A stretch of 64,000 nucleotides of DNA from an uncultured Chlamydiae bacterium (GTDB taxonomy: Bacteria > Chlamydiota > Chlamydiia > Chlamydiales > SM23-39). Every line of letters starts with the position of its first letter. Positions within the stretch are counted from its first letter, which is position 1. Made by a program: the position numbers and the translations under genes. This document shows positions 1 through 9,639 of the stretch, one piece after another. Under the pieces are notes generated by a model. It saw only the letters and a list, made by a program, of their open reading frames with translations. It had not been told where the DNA came from and made no database searches. The stretch is from assembly GCA_963828125.1 (NCBI GenBank), contig CAWHDP010000002.1:1120001-1184000 (forward strand), given 5' to 3'.

Positions 1-781
1 ATGGCCTGAACACAGAGAGATAATGTGCCCTTCGATGGGCCCGACGAGAGAAAGGTCTCCATAAAGATCCAAGACCTTATGGCGCACCATTTCGTCGGCA
101 AAGCGAGCTCCCTCCGGATTCATGATTTGACCCCCTTTGATGATCAGCGCATTCTCGAGCCCCCCCCCTTTAATCATCCCCTTTTCAATAAAGGGGAGAA
201 TCTCTTCGTATAAGGAGAAGGTGCGGCACGAAGCAATTTCTTCCTTGAAGCGATCTGGATTCATCACAATCGTATAAAATTGCGAACGCAAAAGAGGAGA
301 CTGCGGATAATGCAACGTATAGCTGATCCGGAATCCACTCGCCGGCAGAGCGATGAGATGCACATCTCTCTCAGACCAAAAAATAGGCCGGGGAATTTTC
401 AATACTTTCTGAGGGAGGCTCTGTTCCTCGATTCCGGCCCTTTCAATCAACTCGACAAAGAGCCGGGCGCTCCCGTCGGCAGCCAGAATTTCAGGCCCAT
501 CCACTTCGATCCGCGCATTGTCGATTTCCATTCCGACTAAAGCGGACAAAAAGGTGTTCGACCATGGAGACGCTCGCCTGTTCGGAAGCGAGCCTCGTGC
601 ATCGAGGGGCCTCTCGAACAAACGGGAGGCGGGCCGGTATTTCTGGCCGGCCCTGAAGATCGATCCGTTGAAAAACGATCCCTGTCGAAGGCGGCGCCGG
701 AAGGATTCTTAAAGCGACCTTCTCTCCGGTAAAAAGGCCAACCCCAGACGCAAACACCTCATTCTTAATGGTTTTCTGCAT
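1..781 (-). CDS. lpxC: UDP-3-O-acyl-N-acetylglucosamine deacetylase LpxC (3'-truncated by the window; apparent +1 frameshift at ~548-552)
   Basis: N-terminus MQKTIKNEVFASGVGLFTG...GIVFQRIDL...MVEHL. Removing one T from the CTTTTTG run restores [31 protein letters not shown], and the frame then stays open to position 1 with CRTF, GGGLENA and DEMVRHKVLDLYGDL (HKxLD zinc motif). Confidence 0.93.
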
Positions 782-872
782 TCTCCCTTTGATAGGGAAT
801 TCTGGACCTGCCAAACAAATACCTCTCTTTTCCAAGGAAAAATCTAGCTAAAAAGTTAACGGACTCATGCAT

Positions 873-2462
873 TTACAGCAACTTTTTCTTCCGGATGAGA
901 AAATATGAGGCAAAAGCCCCAAGGCTGATTCCGAGAATCGCGCCGTCCCCCCACCAAGTGTACAGAGTCGAGTAGGATCGGATCGGAAAAGGGAAATGGA
1001 GAGCGCTCGCCTCGCCCCCTCCTCCTTCGGAAATCGTCATCGGTCTTCCAAAACAGTCGATCCCGGCAGAGAGTCCCGCATTGCAAGCCCGCAAAATAGG
1101 AACCCCGTTTTCGACCGATCTGACCCTCCCGTGATCGAAATGCTGCCGCCCGAGCTTGGATCTAGGGAACCAGGCGTCGTTTGTGACATTGACCAAGAGC
1201 GCAGCCCCTTTTAATCTTAAATTCCGAATGAGACTTGGAAACGTCTCTTCGACGCAAATGGAGATTCCAATAGGGACGCCTGCCGCAAAAATTTTCCCCT
1301 CCGTTCCTCGATCAAAAGAGTGGGTAATGCCAAAATGTTTGGCGGCGAAGCGGGCTAACCCAAACGGGATATATTCTCCGATTGGGACTAAAATTTGCTT
1401 TTCATACCGTTCGAAGGGGGCGTTTCCCGGCTGAAAATGGAAAGCCGCATTGTAATGGCCATAGAAATCGTGGTCATCGAGCCCTACGATCACATGAGCC
1501 TGATGCCGATTAGACAATGTCTGTAACATAAATGCATTGCTCACCCTCCATCCTCCCTCCTCGAAGAGGGCGAACGGAGCCCGAATTTGAGGAAAATGGA
1601 CTGGATCTAAAATTTTTTTCACAGAAGAGAGAGGATAGCTAGGGGTGTGGGCCCCCAAAGGGAAAGCCCCTTCCGGCAAAATAATGAGATCAACCCCTTT
1701 ATCTTTAAGCGCGCGGAGAACCCCTTCCCATTGAGCGAGCGGAGCCATATCGAGTTCTTTTTGATCTGGCGAGAGATTGGTGTCGATGAGAGCGACATGG
1801 AGGATTTTGGACGGTTGGATGTGCGCTTCAATCCAAGATTGATGAACCATTCCGAACAGGTAGGGGAAAAAGGCGAGAGAGGCCCAGAGGGCGACCTGTT
1901 TGATCGATTTTGCAATGAGAGCTTTCAGAGCAGAGACATTGACGAGCATGACCCAAAAAGAGAGGCCGAAGATCCCCCAAACGGAGGCGAATTGGATCGA
2001 GTAAGGAGAGTCGGCCAGAGCGAGGCCGACCGGATTCCAGCTAAAGCCGCAAAGGAAAAAGAGGCGGAGCCATTCGAAAATCACCCAAGCGCCGCAAAAA
2101 GCAAGACCTCGACGCCAAGAGAGGGCCGGATCGATGAAGAGCGAGAGGAGGCCGAATTGCAGACCCATCGCCAGGATGAGGAAGAGATAGACGAGGAGGA
2201 TAAAGGGACCCATATAGTCGACCGTCGCCATCCAGGAGAGCTGAACGCCCTGTACCGCAGCAAACCATAAGACAGCAAGGAGGAAACGGTCGCGGGTCCG
2301 GGCAAAGTGGAACATCCCCTTCCAAAACAGAGCAAAACCAAAAGCTGCGGAGAGGGCGCCGCAGCCATGGATCCAGGCCGGCTGGCCGAAAGCTGTAATC
2401 AGAAAACTAAGTAAAATGAGCATGATTGGATCTTGAAAAGGGCGGTTTCGGACTCTCTTCAT
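873..2462 (-). CDS. lnt: Apolipoprotein N-acyltransferase
   Basis: Multi-TM N-terminus with WVIFEWLR and GFSWNPVG; nitrilase-fold motifs LPEGA, YEKQILVPIGEYIP, ICVEETFP, NVTNDAWF, RACNAGLS. The true start may be the internal Met near 2423. Confidence 0.93.
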   Translation of the reverse strand: MKRVRNRPFQDPIMLILLSFLITAFGQPAWIHGCGALSAAFGFALFWKGMFHFARTRDRFLLAVLWFAAVQGVQLSWMATVDYMGPFILLVYLFLILAMGLQFGLLSLFIDPALSWRRGLAFCGAWVIFEWLRLFFLCGFSWNPVGLALADSPYSIQFASVWGIFGLSFWVMLVNVSALKALIAKSIKQVALWASLAFFPYLFGMVHQSWIEAHIQPSKILHVALIDTNLSPDQKELDMAPLAQWEGVLRALKDKGVDLIILPEGAFPLGAHTPSYPLSSVKKILDPVHFPQIRAPFALFEEGGWRVSNAFMLQTLSNRHQAHVIVGLDDHDFYGHYNAAFHFQPGNAPFERYEKQILVPIGEYIPFGLARFAAKHFGITHSFDRGTEGKIFAAGVPIGISICVEETFPSLIRNLRLKGAALLVNVTNDAWFPRSKLGRQHFDHGRVRSVENGVPILRACNAGLSAGIDCFGRPMTISEGGGGEASALHFPFPIRSYSTLYTWWGDGAILGISLGAFASYFLIRKKKLL

Positions 2463-2889
2463 TGCGGAGGGTAAACAAGATCAGCCCCCCTATGATCGCC
2501 AAATTTTTGAGAAAGTGGCCGAGCTGCACCTCGCGCGGCACCCCCTCGACAAACCAAAATGGGTGCATGACCATGGTTGCAGGAATGAGGAAAAAAATTA
2601 ACAAGAGAGCCCCCCATTTCTCTTTGTAGCCGAGGAGAACCGACAACCCTCCGAGGAATTCGAACAGGGTGGCGGCCAGAAGCAGCAGCGGGGTGAATGG
2701 GATGATCGAAGAGACAGAGCCGCTCAAACCATCCGAAAATCCGACATTCGCCTGCCATTCGCACAGCGTATTTAGAAGAGACTTCTCATTTTCGTGCCAA
2801 TGCAAAATTTTATTTACAGCCCCAGCCAAGAACACCAAGCTAATAAAAAATCTACCTAGCACATTGAAACAGAGATGAATCACTTTCAT
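2407..2889 (-). CDS. DoxX family membrane protein
   Basis: LGRFFISLVFL...EFLGGLSVLLG...HPFW...FLKNLAIIGGL pattern typical of DoxX proteins. Confidence 0.8.
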   Translation of the reverse strand: MKVIHLCFNVLGRFFISLVFLAGAVNKILHWHENEKSLLNTLCEWQANVGFSDGLSGSVSSIIPFTPLLLLAATLFEFLGGLSVLLGYKEKWGALLLIFFLIPATMVMHPFWFVEGVPREVQLGHFLKNLAIIGGLILFTLRNEESPKPPFSRSNHAHFT

Positions 2890-2917
2890 AAATACCCAAT
2901 TCCGGAGTAAACTCCCA

Positions 2918-4037
2918 ATGTATATGAGACTCCCCTTTTGCGACCACCATATTTCTGTGATCTTGGGAAACTACGCTCAGAGCGAGAAACCGTTGGATCT
3001 ATTGCTCAGCGAATATTTCCGACTCCACAAAAGCATCGGAGCCCACGACCGGCGCCAGATCGGCGAGACGCTCTATGGCATGGTGCGCTGGAAAACGCTC
3101 ATCGACCATTTTTGCAAGTCGGGCCACCCCTTGGACCGCCTCTCTTGTTTCCGGACAATGTCTTTGGAAGAACGGGTGCAAGACCCCTCCGTTCCAGAAC
3201 CTGCCAGACTGGGAATCAATGAATTTCTTTATCACCGGTTTTGCGCCGTCTTCGGCCTCGATAAAACCCGTAAAATCTGCCGCATCCTAAATACAGCCGC
3301 ACCCACTACAGTCCGGGTCAAATCTGATGAAGACAACCGTGGCAGAGCTGATGGCAAAATGGGAGGGGAAATTTAAGTTTTCCCGTTGCGCGAAAGCAGG
3401 CGCTGGCATCCAATTCGAAAAGCGGGAACCCCTCTTCGCCCTCCCCGAATTTAAAGCCGGTCTCTTTGAAGTGCAAGACGAGGGGAGCCAGCTCGTCGCA
3501 GAACTCGTTGAAGCAAAGCCGGGAGAACATGTCCTCGATTATTGCAGCGGTTCAGGAGGCAAGACATTGGCTTTTGCCCCTAAGATGAAAGGGAAAGGGC
3601 AGATTTATTTATATGACAACCGCCCCTGGATCTTGATGGAGGCTCGGAAAAGATTAAGGAGAGCCGGCGTCCAAAACGCCCAATTTACCCTGCCAGAGAG
3701 AGAAGTCGATTGGGTTCTTGCCGACGTCCCCTGCAGCGGCGCCGGAACCCTCCGCCGCAACCCCGACGCCAAATGGAAAATAGATCGCCCTATGATAGAG
3801 AGGCTTGTCCAACAGCAAAGAGAAATCGTCCATGAAGCGCTCAGATTTTTGAAAAGCAACGGACGGTTTGTGTATGCCACCTGCAGCCTTTTGCCAGAAG
3901 AAAATGAGAGCCAAGTAGAGTTTTTTTTGAAAACGGAGAATTTGACCCTTGCGAGAGAGCCGCTAACCCTCCTTCCTGAAGAAAATGGGACGGACGGATT
4001 TTTTGCCGCTGTATTCAAAAAACAAAATTTGGTATAA
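2918..4037 (+). CDS. RsmB/NOL1/NOP2 (Sun) family RNA m5C methyltransferase, split by an apparent +1 frameshift at ~3320
   Basis: ORFs 2918-3376 and 3327-4037 join as PTTVRVNLMKTT if one A is removed from GTCAAATCTG. Motifs: FEVQDEGSQL, LDYCSGSGGKT, DVPCSGAGTLRRNPD, YATCSL. Confidence 0.88.
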
Positions 4038-5068
4038 TGGCCCGCACTATGAAAACAACGCTCCTATTTGTATCCATTGCCTGCGCCCTTGCCGCCGCCC
4101 CTTTTGGGGAATATTCCAGCGAGCCGAAAATCGCCGTGCAAAACGCCATCCTCGCCCAAGTGAACGGGAAAACGATCTCGATGATCGACGTCAAAAAGAA
4201 AATGGATATGGTCTTCTACCAAAGCTATCCCCATCTAGCCAATTCGAATGAAGCTCGCCTCCAATTTTATGAAGCGAGCTGGCGCCGCGTTCTGATGGAT
4301 TTGATCGATAACGAATTGATCATCGCCGACGCGCTTGACAAAGAGATCAAACTCACCGATGGGGAGATCCGCGAATCGATGGAAGAGCGCTTTGGCCCGA
4401 ACGTGATGCAGACACTCGACAAAGTGGGACTCACCTATGAAGAGACCTGGAAAATGGTGAAGGACGAAATGATGGTACAACGGATGACCTGGTGGTTTGT
4501 CCAGACCAAGGCGATCAATAACGTCACTCCGCAAGATATTCGGCAAGCCTACCGCCTCCACCTCGAACAACATCCCCCCTATTCGGAATGGAAATACCGG
4601 GTCGTCTCGATCCGCCTAGACCAGCCGAACGACCCCCTTTCGGAAAAAGTCTATCAAATTCTCACCGGATCGGGGGAGGCCCCAGCCGTTGCGGAGTCCC
4701 AATTAAAAGAGCTAGAAGCCCCTGGCGTTGCGATCTCTATATCGAATGAATTTATCGCGAAAACACAGGAACTCTCGGAGATCCACAGAGCCTCCCTCGA
4801 ATCGTTAACCGCAGGATCCTATAGCAAACCCTCATTTCAAATCAGTAAAGCCGATCAAAAGGCCGTCTACCGCATTTTTTACCTCATTGAGAAAAACGAT
4901 TTTCCAGCCCCCTCTTTTGAAGATCTTTCGCAAAACCTTCGGAACGATCTTCTCCAAAAGGCGCTCGTACAAGAATCGGAAGGATATTTAGGAAAACTGA
5001 GGAAGCACTACGGGTTTGAAACCGACCAGGCGATCCCCGAAGATTTCCACCCCTTTTCTCTGCAATGA
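4037..5068 (+). CDS. SurA N-terminal-domain-like periplasmic chaperone (conserved chlamydial protein upstream of rsmA)
   Basis: Signal peptide; ILAQVNGKTISMIDV and VLMDLIDNELIIADA resemble the SurA N-domain; overlaps the rsmA start. Confidence 0.65.
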   Translation: MARTMKTTLLFVSIACALAAAPFGEYSSEPKIAVQNAILAQVNGKTISMIDVKKKMDMVFYQSYPHLANSNEARLQFYEASWRRVLMDLIDNELIIADALDKEIKLTDGEIRESMEERFGPNVMQTLDKVGLTYEETWKMVKDEMMVQRMTWWFVQTKAINNVTPQDIRQAYRLHLEQHPPYSEWKYRVVSIRLDQPNDPLSEKVYQILTGSGEAPAVAESQLKELEAPGVAISISNEFIAKTQELSEIHRASLESLTAGSYSKPSFQISKADQKAVYRIFYLIEKNDFPAPSFEDLSQNLRNDLLQKALVQESEGYLGKLRKHYGFETDQAIPEDFHPFSLQ

Positions 5069-5859
5069 CCCTCTCTGAGTTGCTCCTATTTCTGAAAGAG
5101 GTCGACGCGAAACCGAGGAAGAGTTTGTCGCAGAATTTTCTCATCGACCCCGGCATGGTCCGGAAAATCGTAGACTCCGCTGAGATCGCCCCCGGCGACG
5201 CCGTACTAGAGATTGGACCTGGGCCCGGCGCTCTCACCGCCCCCCTCCTCGCCTCCGGCGCCCGCGTCTTTGCCGTGGAGACCGATCCCCTCTTTGCCGG
5301 CGCGCTTTCCCGCTTTCAAAATGGACGCTTAAAAATTGCCCAGACCGATTTTTTGAAATTCCCCATGGACGTCCTCCCGAAAAAGATTAAAGTCGTCGCG
5401 AACCTCCCATACCATATCACAACCCCCATTCTCGAAAAACTCTTCGCATCCTCGTTTTCAAGCCTCACAATCATGGTCCAAAAAGAGGTCGCAGACCGGA
5501 TGATCTCCCCCCCTGGATCCAAAACCTTCGGCTCCCTATCCCTTTTTGTCCAATTCCATTCAGACTTCGTACACTCCTTCACGGTTCCGCCCGCCGCCTT
5601 TTACCCCCAGCCCAAGGTCGACTCAACCGTCATCCGGCTCAATGCGAAAGAGCGCCCCGCAATAGATTCAATCCGATTTTTCAGCCTCGTCCACACAGCC
5701 TTCCAACAAAGGCGCAAAATGATCACAAGCTCCCTCCCATTCCCTAAAGAATCGATCCGGAGAGCCCTTTCCGAATTGGACGTCCGCCCCGACGCGCGGC
5801 CGGAAACCCTCTCTCTGGATCAATGGATTCAGTTAGCACGTAATATGCAAGCTGTCTGA
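5065..5859 (+). CDS. rsmA: 16S rRNA m6,2A1518/1519 dimethyltransferase
   Basis: KSLSQNFLID, VLEIGPGPGALT, VVANLPYHITTP, MVQKEVADR, PKVDS, FQQRRK. Confidence 0.96.
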   Translation: MTLSELLLFLKEVDAKPRKSLSQNFLIDPGMVRKIVDSAEIAPGDAVLEIGPGPGALTAPLLASGARVFAVETDPLFAGALSRFQNGRLKIAQTDFLKFPMDVLPKKIKVVANLPYHITTPILEKLFASSFSSLTIMVQKEVADRMISPPGSKTFGSLSLFVQFHSDFVHSFTVPPAAFYPQPKVDSTVIRLNAKERPAIDSIRFFSLVHTAFQQRRKMITSSLPFPKESIRRALSELDVRPDARPETLSLDQWIQLARNMQAV

Positions 5860-5977
5860 ACTTTTACGACCGCAGTATATACCATTATTGCATAATAATA
5901 TTATTTGATTATTTAATATAAATATAATAATAAATATTATATAATAACAAAACGAGCACACAAATCATGGATATATC

Positions 5978-8968
5978 GTGACAATACCAATTAGTAATGC
6001 AGTAACATACGCCAAATATCAAGAATTATTACGGGTTCAGCGAACCAAAACCTCGCGACTTTTCAATGGCTGGACCAAAAGCGGACGATGTGAAATGGTG
6101 GCTAAGGAAATTTTCGCAAGATTACAATCATACCGGGATAGCAATCCGGACGAGCCCCTACTGTTGAACGTTCTACACACCCAAGTCATCCCACATGTTG
6201 ATGCAACCCGTCAAAAGAAAATTCAACAACAATTAGACCAGGTTCTCCACACAGTTGATGCAGCCCGTCGAGAGAACAGTCTCAGTCAAAAGCGTCGCGA
6301 TCTTGAGCAAATTTTTGATGGACCGGGACTTGCGGCAATCCTTGGACAAGTTCCTGTGGAGAAAAAAAATCATCCGATCGATCAACTCCACACCCTGGTC
6401 GTCAAACAACTAAAAGGTTGTAAAGAGGATATTGAACGAATACAACGAATCATCAAACATGTACCGGATGGGATAAACGTGATATCGCAATGGCTTGATG
6501 CAGTTCCTTCAAAGGCAAGCGCTTTGATAAAAATACTAGACCTTTCCATGCATAAAGCTTCGCATTTGCTCGGAATCATTAAGAACGTCCCCACTACAGA
6601 ACAACAAGAAATTGTGATCGATCAACTACACATTTTTTTCGTCGACAAACGCAATAATGATGCCGATTTTTGCTTACGTATTGTGGAATTAGACATTCCA
6701 GGCAATGAAATTGCAGATGTGGCCACCCTATTAAACTGCACAAACGTTCTCAATTGCGAACCTAGTACCATTATCCACGATTTAAAAAAAATTGTCCCAA
6801 AACACCGCAACGGGATAAATCTGATCATCGAATTGTTTACAATGGTTCCTACAAAAATGGATCACTTGAGAAAAATACTCCAACTCCCAGGCGATACTGA
6901 TGCAGTTCTGAATCTTCTAGAACTCCTTAAAAAAGCTCCTACTCAGGAGCAAAAAGAAACGCTCATTGATCAAATCCACACTTGTTTTTTCGAACACAAT
7001 ACCGTAAGCGTACAATTCCCATCATTTAGCGAATATTTGTCTAGTTTTAAAATCATACCAGAAAACGAAAGATTTGATTTTATTTATCTGTTCAACAACT
7101 TATTGCTATCAAACAAAAGCTGTCAATATGAACAATTCGATGATTATATTCAATTTTTCAAAATCTGTCCTCCCGAAGAAAGGAGGATGATGGTCGATCA
7201 GGCAAAACGCCTTTTGACTTATGCTGGGCCTCTTCATACCCCTTACGATGCTCTTAAGTTTTTGCAAGCCATTCCCGAAAAAGAGATGAGAACCGTTTTT
7301 CTCGATCAAATTCCCACTTTTGTCAGAAAGCATCCATTGCATTACAGATACAATTTATCTGTTTTATTATACACTGTTCTTTTTCAAAACGAAATAGATA
7401 CAATCAATCAAGACGTGAAGATATATTATTATATCAATGACCTTCCTATTCAGAAACAAGTAGCTCTGATTATACAAGCTCAACGCTGTTACGCTGAGCT
7501 CAGTCCGCTTATGGAGCATCCGTTGCATGCTGTTGTTTTTCTTAAAGACCGAATCCCTGAAAATGAGAGAGACAATTTTATAGTTCAACTGCCTAGGGTC
7601 GTCGCAGGAGTCAATCGTCTTAATGGACTCACAAATGAGATCAAATTAGGGATTCTCTGCTTCATTTTCCTAAGAGTGAGGCCGCTTGAAAGATTAGATT
7701 TTACTCAACATCTATGCAATTTAATGGTTCCTAATAGACAAAATTATCTCGAAGAGCTTCTGGCATTTCCTCCCGATGAAAGAGCAGAAAGAGTGCTACT
7801 AATTACTGTTCAATATTGGTTGACTCTGAGAGCTGGATTAGGAGATAGGATCTTTCGCACATTAGTCGTCGATCCGGCAGATTTTTCAGATGAAGCGAGA
7901 AATCCTACAAGACCTCTTTTACAATTATTTGAGGAAATGGGTCAAACGCACCGGTTTCCAACAATTGTGTATCAAAATTCTGTCGGCATGGATGAAGGAG
8001 GACTGACGCGTGATTTCGTGACAAAAATGTTTCAAGCTCTTTGTCATCCCGATCAAACAAGCCTGCCATTGATGGAGATTGAGGGCCGCTATCTACCCAA
8101 ACTGGAAAGCGCTCCCCCTCCGGCTCTTCCCCGCGATGAACAAATAAAATGCTACAAAGCGATCGGAATGCTTTTTGCTAGGACCATCAATGGCAATCCC
8201 AGCTTTGGTAGAGGAAAGGACTCCGTAACAACTGGATCCCACTTCCATTCCCATCTGTTTGCCATGATCCATGCTCTGACCCTAAATGAGATGAACCTGC
8301 TTCCCGATCCCCTCATGGAGGACTCAGTTCCAGCTATCCGATTGAAACTAACAAAATTCTACCTCAAAACACAATATCCCCAAATCTTTAGACCCAACGG
8401 CATAGAAGAGGCAGTGATCGATGGAGAAATCGCTCAACTGATGAACGGTATGGTCAGCGACAGGCTGCAAAGGAACGAAGTGACTGAAGATTTTTTAAAG
8501 GACTATCACGTAAATTCTATCATTCAGGCAATTCTTATTATTGCTAAATCCATGCACAACACTTTGAGTCTTCCTGATCAATGGGCTGAAATCGTTGGAA
8601 ATTCTCCAGAAGCTTTAAGGAAAAAAATTGAAGGATCCCTGACCCCAGATCTAGTGATCGACGCTTTTGAATTGAGAAATGAGGCTGAAGAGACGCGCCG
8701 CGGAATGATCAAACGCTGGATCCGGACAGCCACCCCCGAAGCGCTTAAAAATTTCGTCTTCAGCTTAACAGGATCGACTTCACTAGCTCCTGGACAAAGG
8801 CTGGGGGCACACTTATGTGACGCGCTCAATAATCCTGAAAATGCTCCTGTATTTCATACATGCAGCCAATATATGGACTTGCCTCGATACGACACCTATG
8901 AAATTTTTGAAGCAAAACTAGCGATTAGTATAGCGAGCGCGCTTGCCGGAGGCTTTCAGTTGGCTTGA
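5978..8968 (+). CDS. Large helical-repeat protein with a C-terminal HECT-type E3 ubiquitin ligase domain; putative secreted effector
   Basis: GMDEGGLTRDF (HECT N-lobe D-x-GG-L-x-R), FVFSLTGS, and FHTCSQYMDLPRYDTYEIFEAKLAISI...GGF (HECT C-lobe, catalytic Cys codon at 8861-8863). AT-rich relative to neighbours. Confidence 0.8.
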   Translation: MTIPISNAVTYAKYQELLRVQRTKTSRLFNGWTKSGRCEMVAKEIFARLQSYRDSNPDEPLLLNVLHTQVIPHVDATRQKKIQQQLDQVLHTVDAARRENSLSQKRRDLEQIFDGPGLAAILGQVPVEKKNHPIDQLHTLVVKQLKGCKEDIERIQRIIKHVPDGINVISQWLDAVPSKASALIKILDLSMHKASHLLGIIKNVPTTEQQEIVIDQLHIFFVDKRNNDADFCLRIVELDIPGNEIADVATLLNCTNVLNCEPSTIIHDLKKIVPKHRNGINLIIELFTMVPTKMDHLRKILQLPGDTDAVLNLLELLKKAPTQEQKETLIDQIHTCFFEHNTVSVQFPSFSEYLSSFKIIPENERFDFIYLFNNLLLSNKSCQYEQFDDYIQFFKICPPEERRMMVDQAKRLLTYAGPLHTPYDALKFLQAIPEKEMRTVFLDQIPTFVRKHPLHYRYNLSVLLYTVLFQNEIDTINQDVKIYYYINDLPIQKQVALIIQAQRCYAELSPLMEHPLHAVVFLKDRIPENERDNFIVQLPRVVAGVNRLNGLTNEIKLGILCFIFLRVRPLERLDFTQHLCNLMVPNRQNYLEELLAFPPDERAERVLLITVQYWLTLRAGLGDRIFRTLVVDPADFSDEARNPTRPLLQLFEEMGQTHRFPTIVYQNSVGMDEGGLTRDFVTKMFQALCHPDQTSLPLMEIEGRYLPKLESAPPPALPRDEQIKCYKAIGMLFARTINGNPSFGRGKDSVTTGSHFHSHLFAMIHALTLNEMNLLPDPLMEDSVPAIRLKLTKFYLKTQYPQIFRPNGIEEAVIDGEIAQLMNGMVSDRLQRNEVTEDFLKDYHVNSIIQAILIIAKSMHNTLSLPDQWAEIVGNSPEALRKKIEGSLTPDLVIDAFELRNEAEETRRGMIKRWIRTATPEALKNFVFSLTGSTSLAPGQRLGAHLCDALNNPENAPVFHTCSQYMDLPRYDTYEIFEAKLAISIASALAGGFQLA

Positions 8969-9149
8969 CTGGACATTGGCGATCTTCTCTTATCTCGACT
9001 TTGTACAAAATTCCGTGCGAGACCGATGCCGGGCCCGAGTTTTCGCGAGCTCTCGCTTCCAGCGCTGCTGTTTCACGGGAAACCTTATTTACAAATTTGA
9101 GCATTTTCACTAAAATGGCCCGCCGTAACCTATCAGCCAGGAGAATGTT

Positions 9150-9521
9150 ATGAGTGTTTCTGTAAAGCATGGACTTGAAAATCCTTTAACCCAAGTATAC
9201 CTTTGGCCTTCGGATGGTGTAAAAGACCTCTATGCACTGTGCACATTCAATCCACAGGAGTTTGAGCCTGAAAGGGAGCACCTAGAAGGGATGGGCCTCC
9301 AATATAGCAGCTCTGCCCAATCGATTTCCCGTGCACACCTTTTGTTAAAAACAAGGCCGATAAAGGTGCAAACGGCTTGTATCCTCAAGGTGACATGTCT
9401 AGCACTTTGGACAATAGCAGACAGCATGCAAAAAGGGAATAGCCCCGAGCTCACAGAGCAGCTCCAAGAGTTATGGAAAAATATCCCATGGCAAGATACC
9501 GTTCCACAGAATCAGCCATAG
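9150..9521 (+). CDS. Hypothetical protein (123 aa)
   Basis: ORF preceded by an AGGAGA Shine-Dalgarno; no recognisable motif. Confidence 0.5.
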   Translation: MSVSVKHGLENPLTQVYLWPSDGVKDLYALCTFNPQEFEPEREHLEGMGLQYSSSAQSISRAHLLLKTRPIKVQTACILKVTCLALWTIADSMQKGNSPELTEQLQELWKNIPWQDTVPQNQP

Positions 9522-9639
9522 GCAAAATCAGTGCATGCGTCAGTGGGGTTCTTGACGAATTCCTCCCTCTCTGTTTGTAGAGTTGGTTTAAAAAAGTCAT
9601 TTTCCCCATTTTTTCTCCTGACATTGCGGATGGGTTCAT

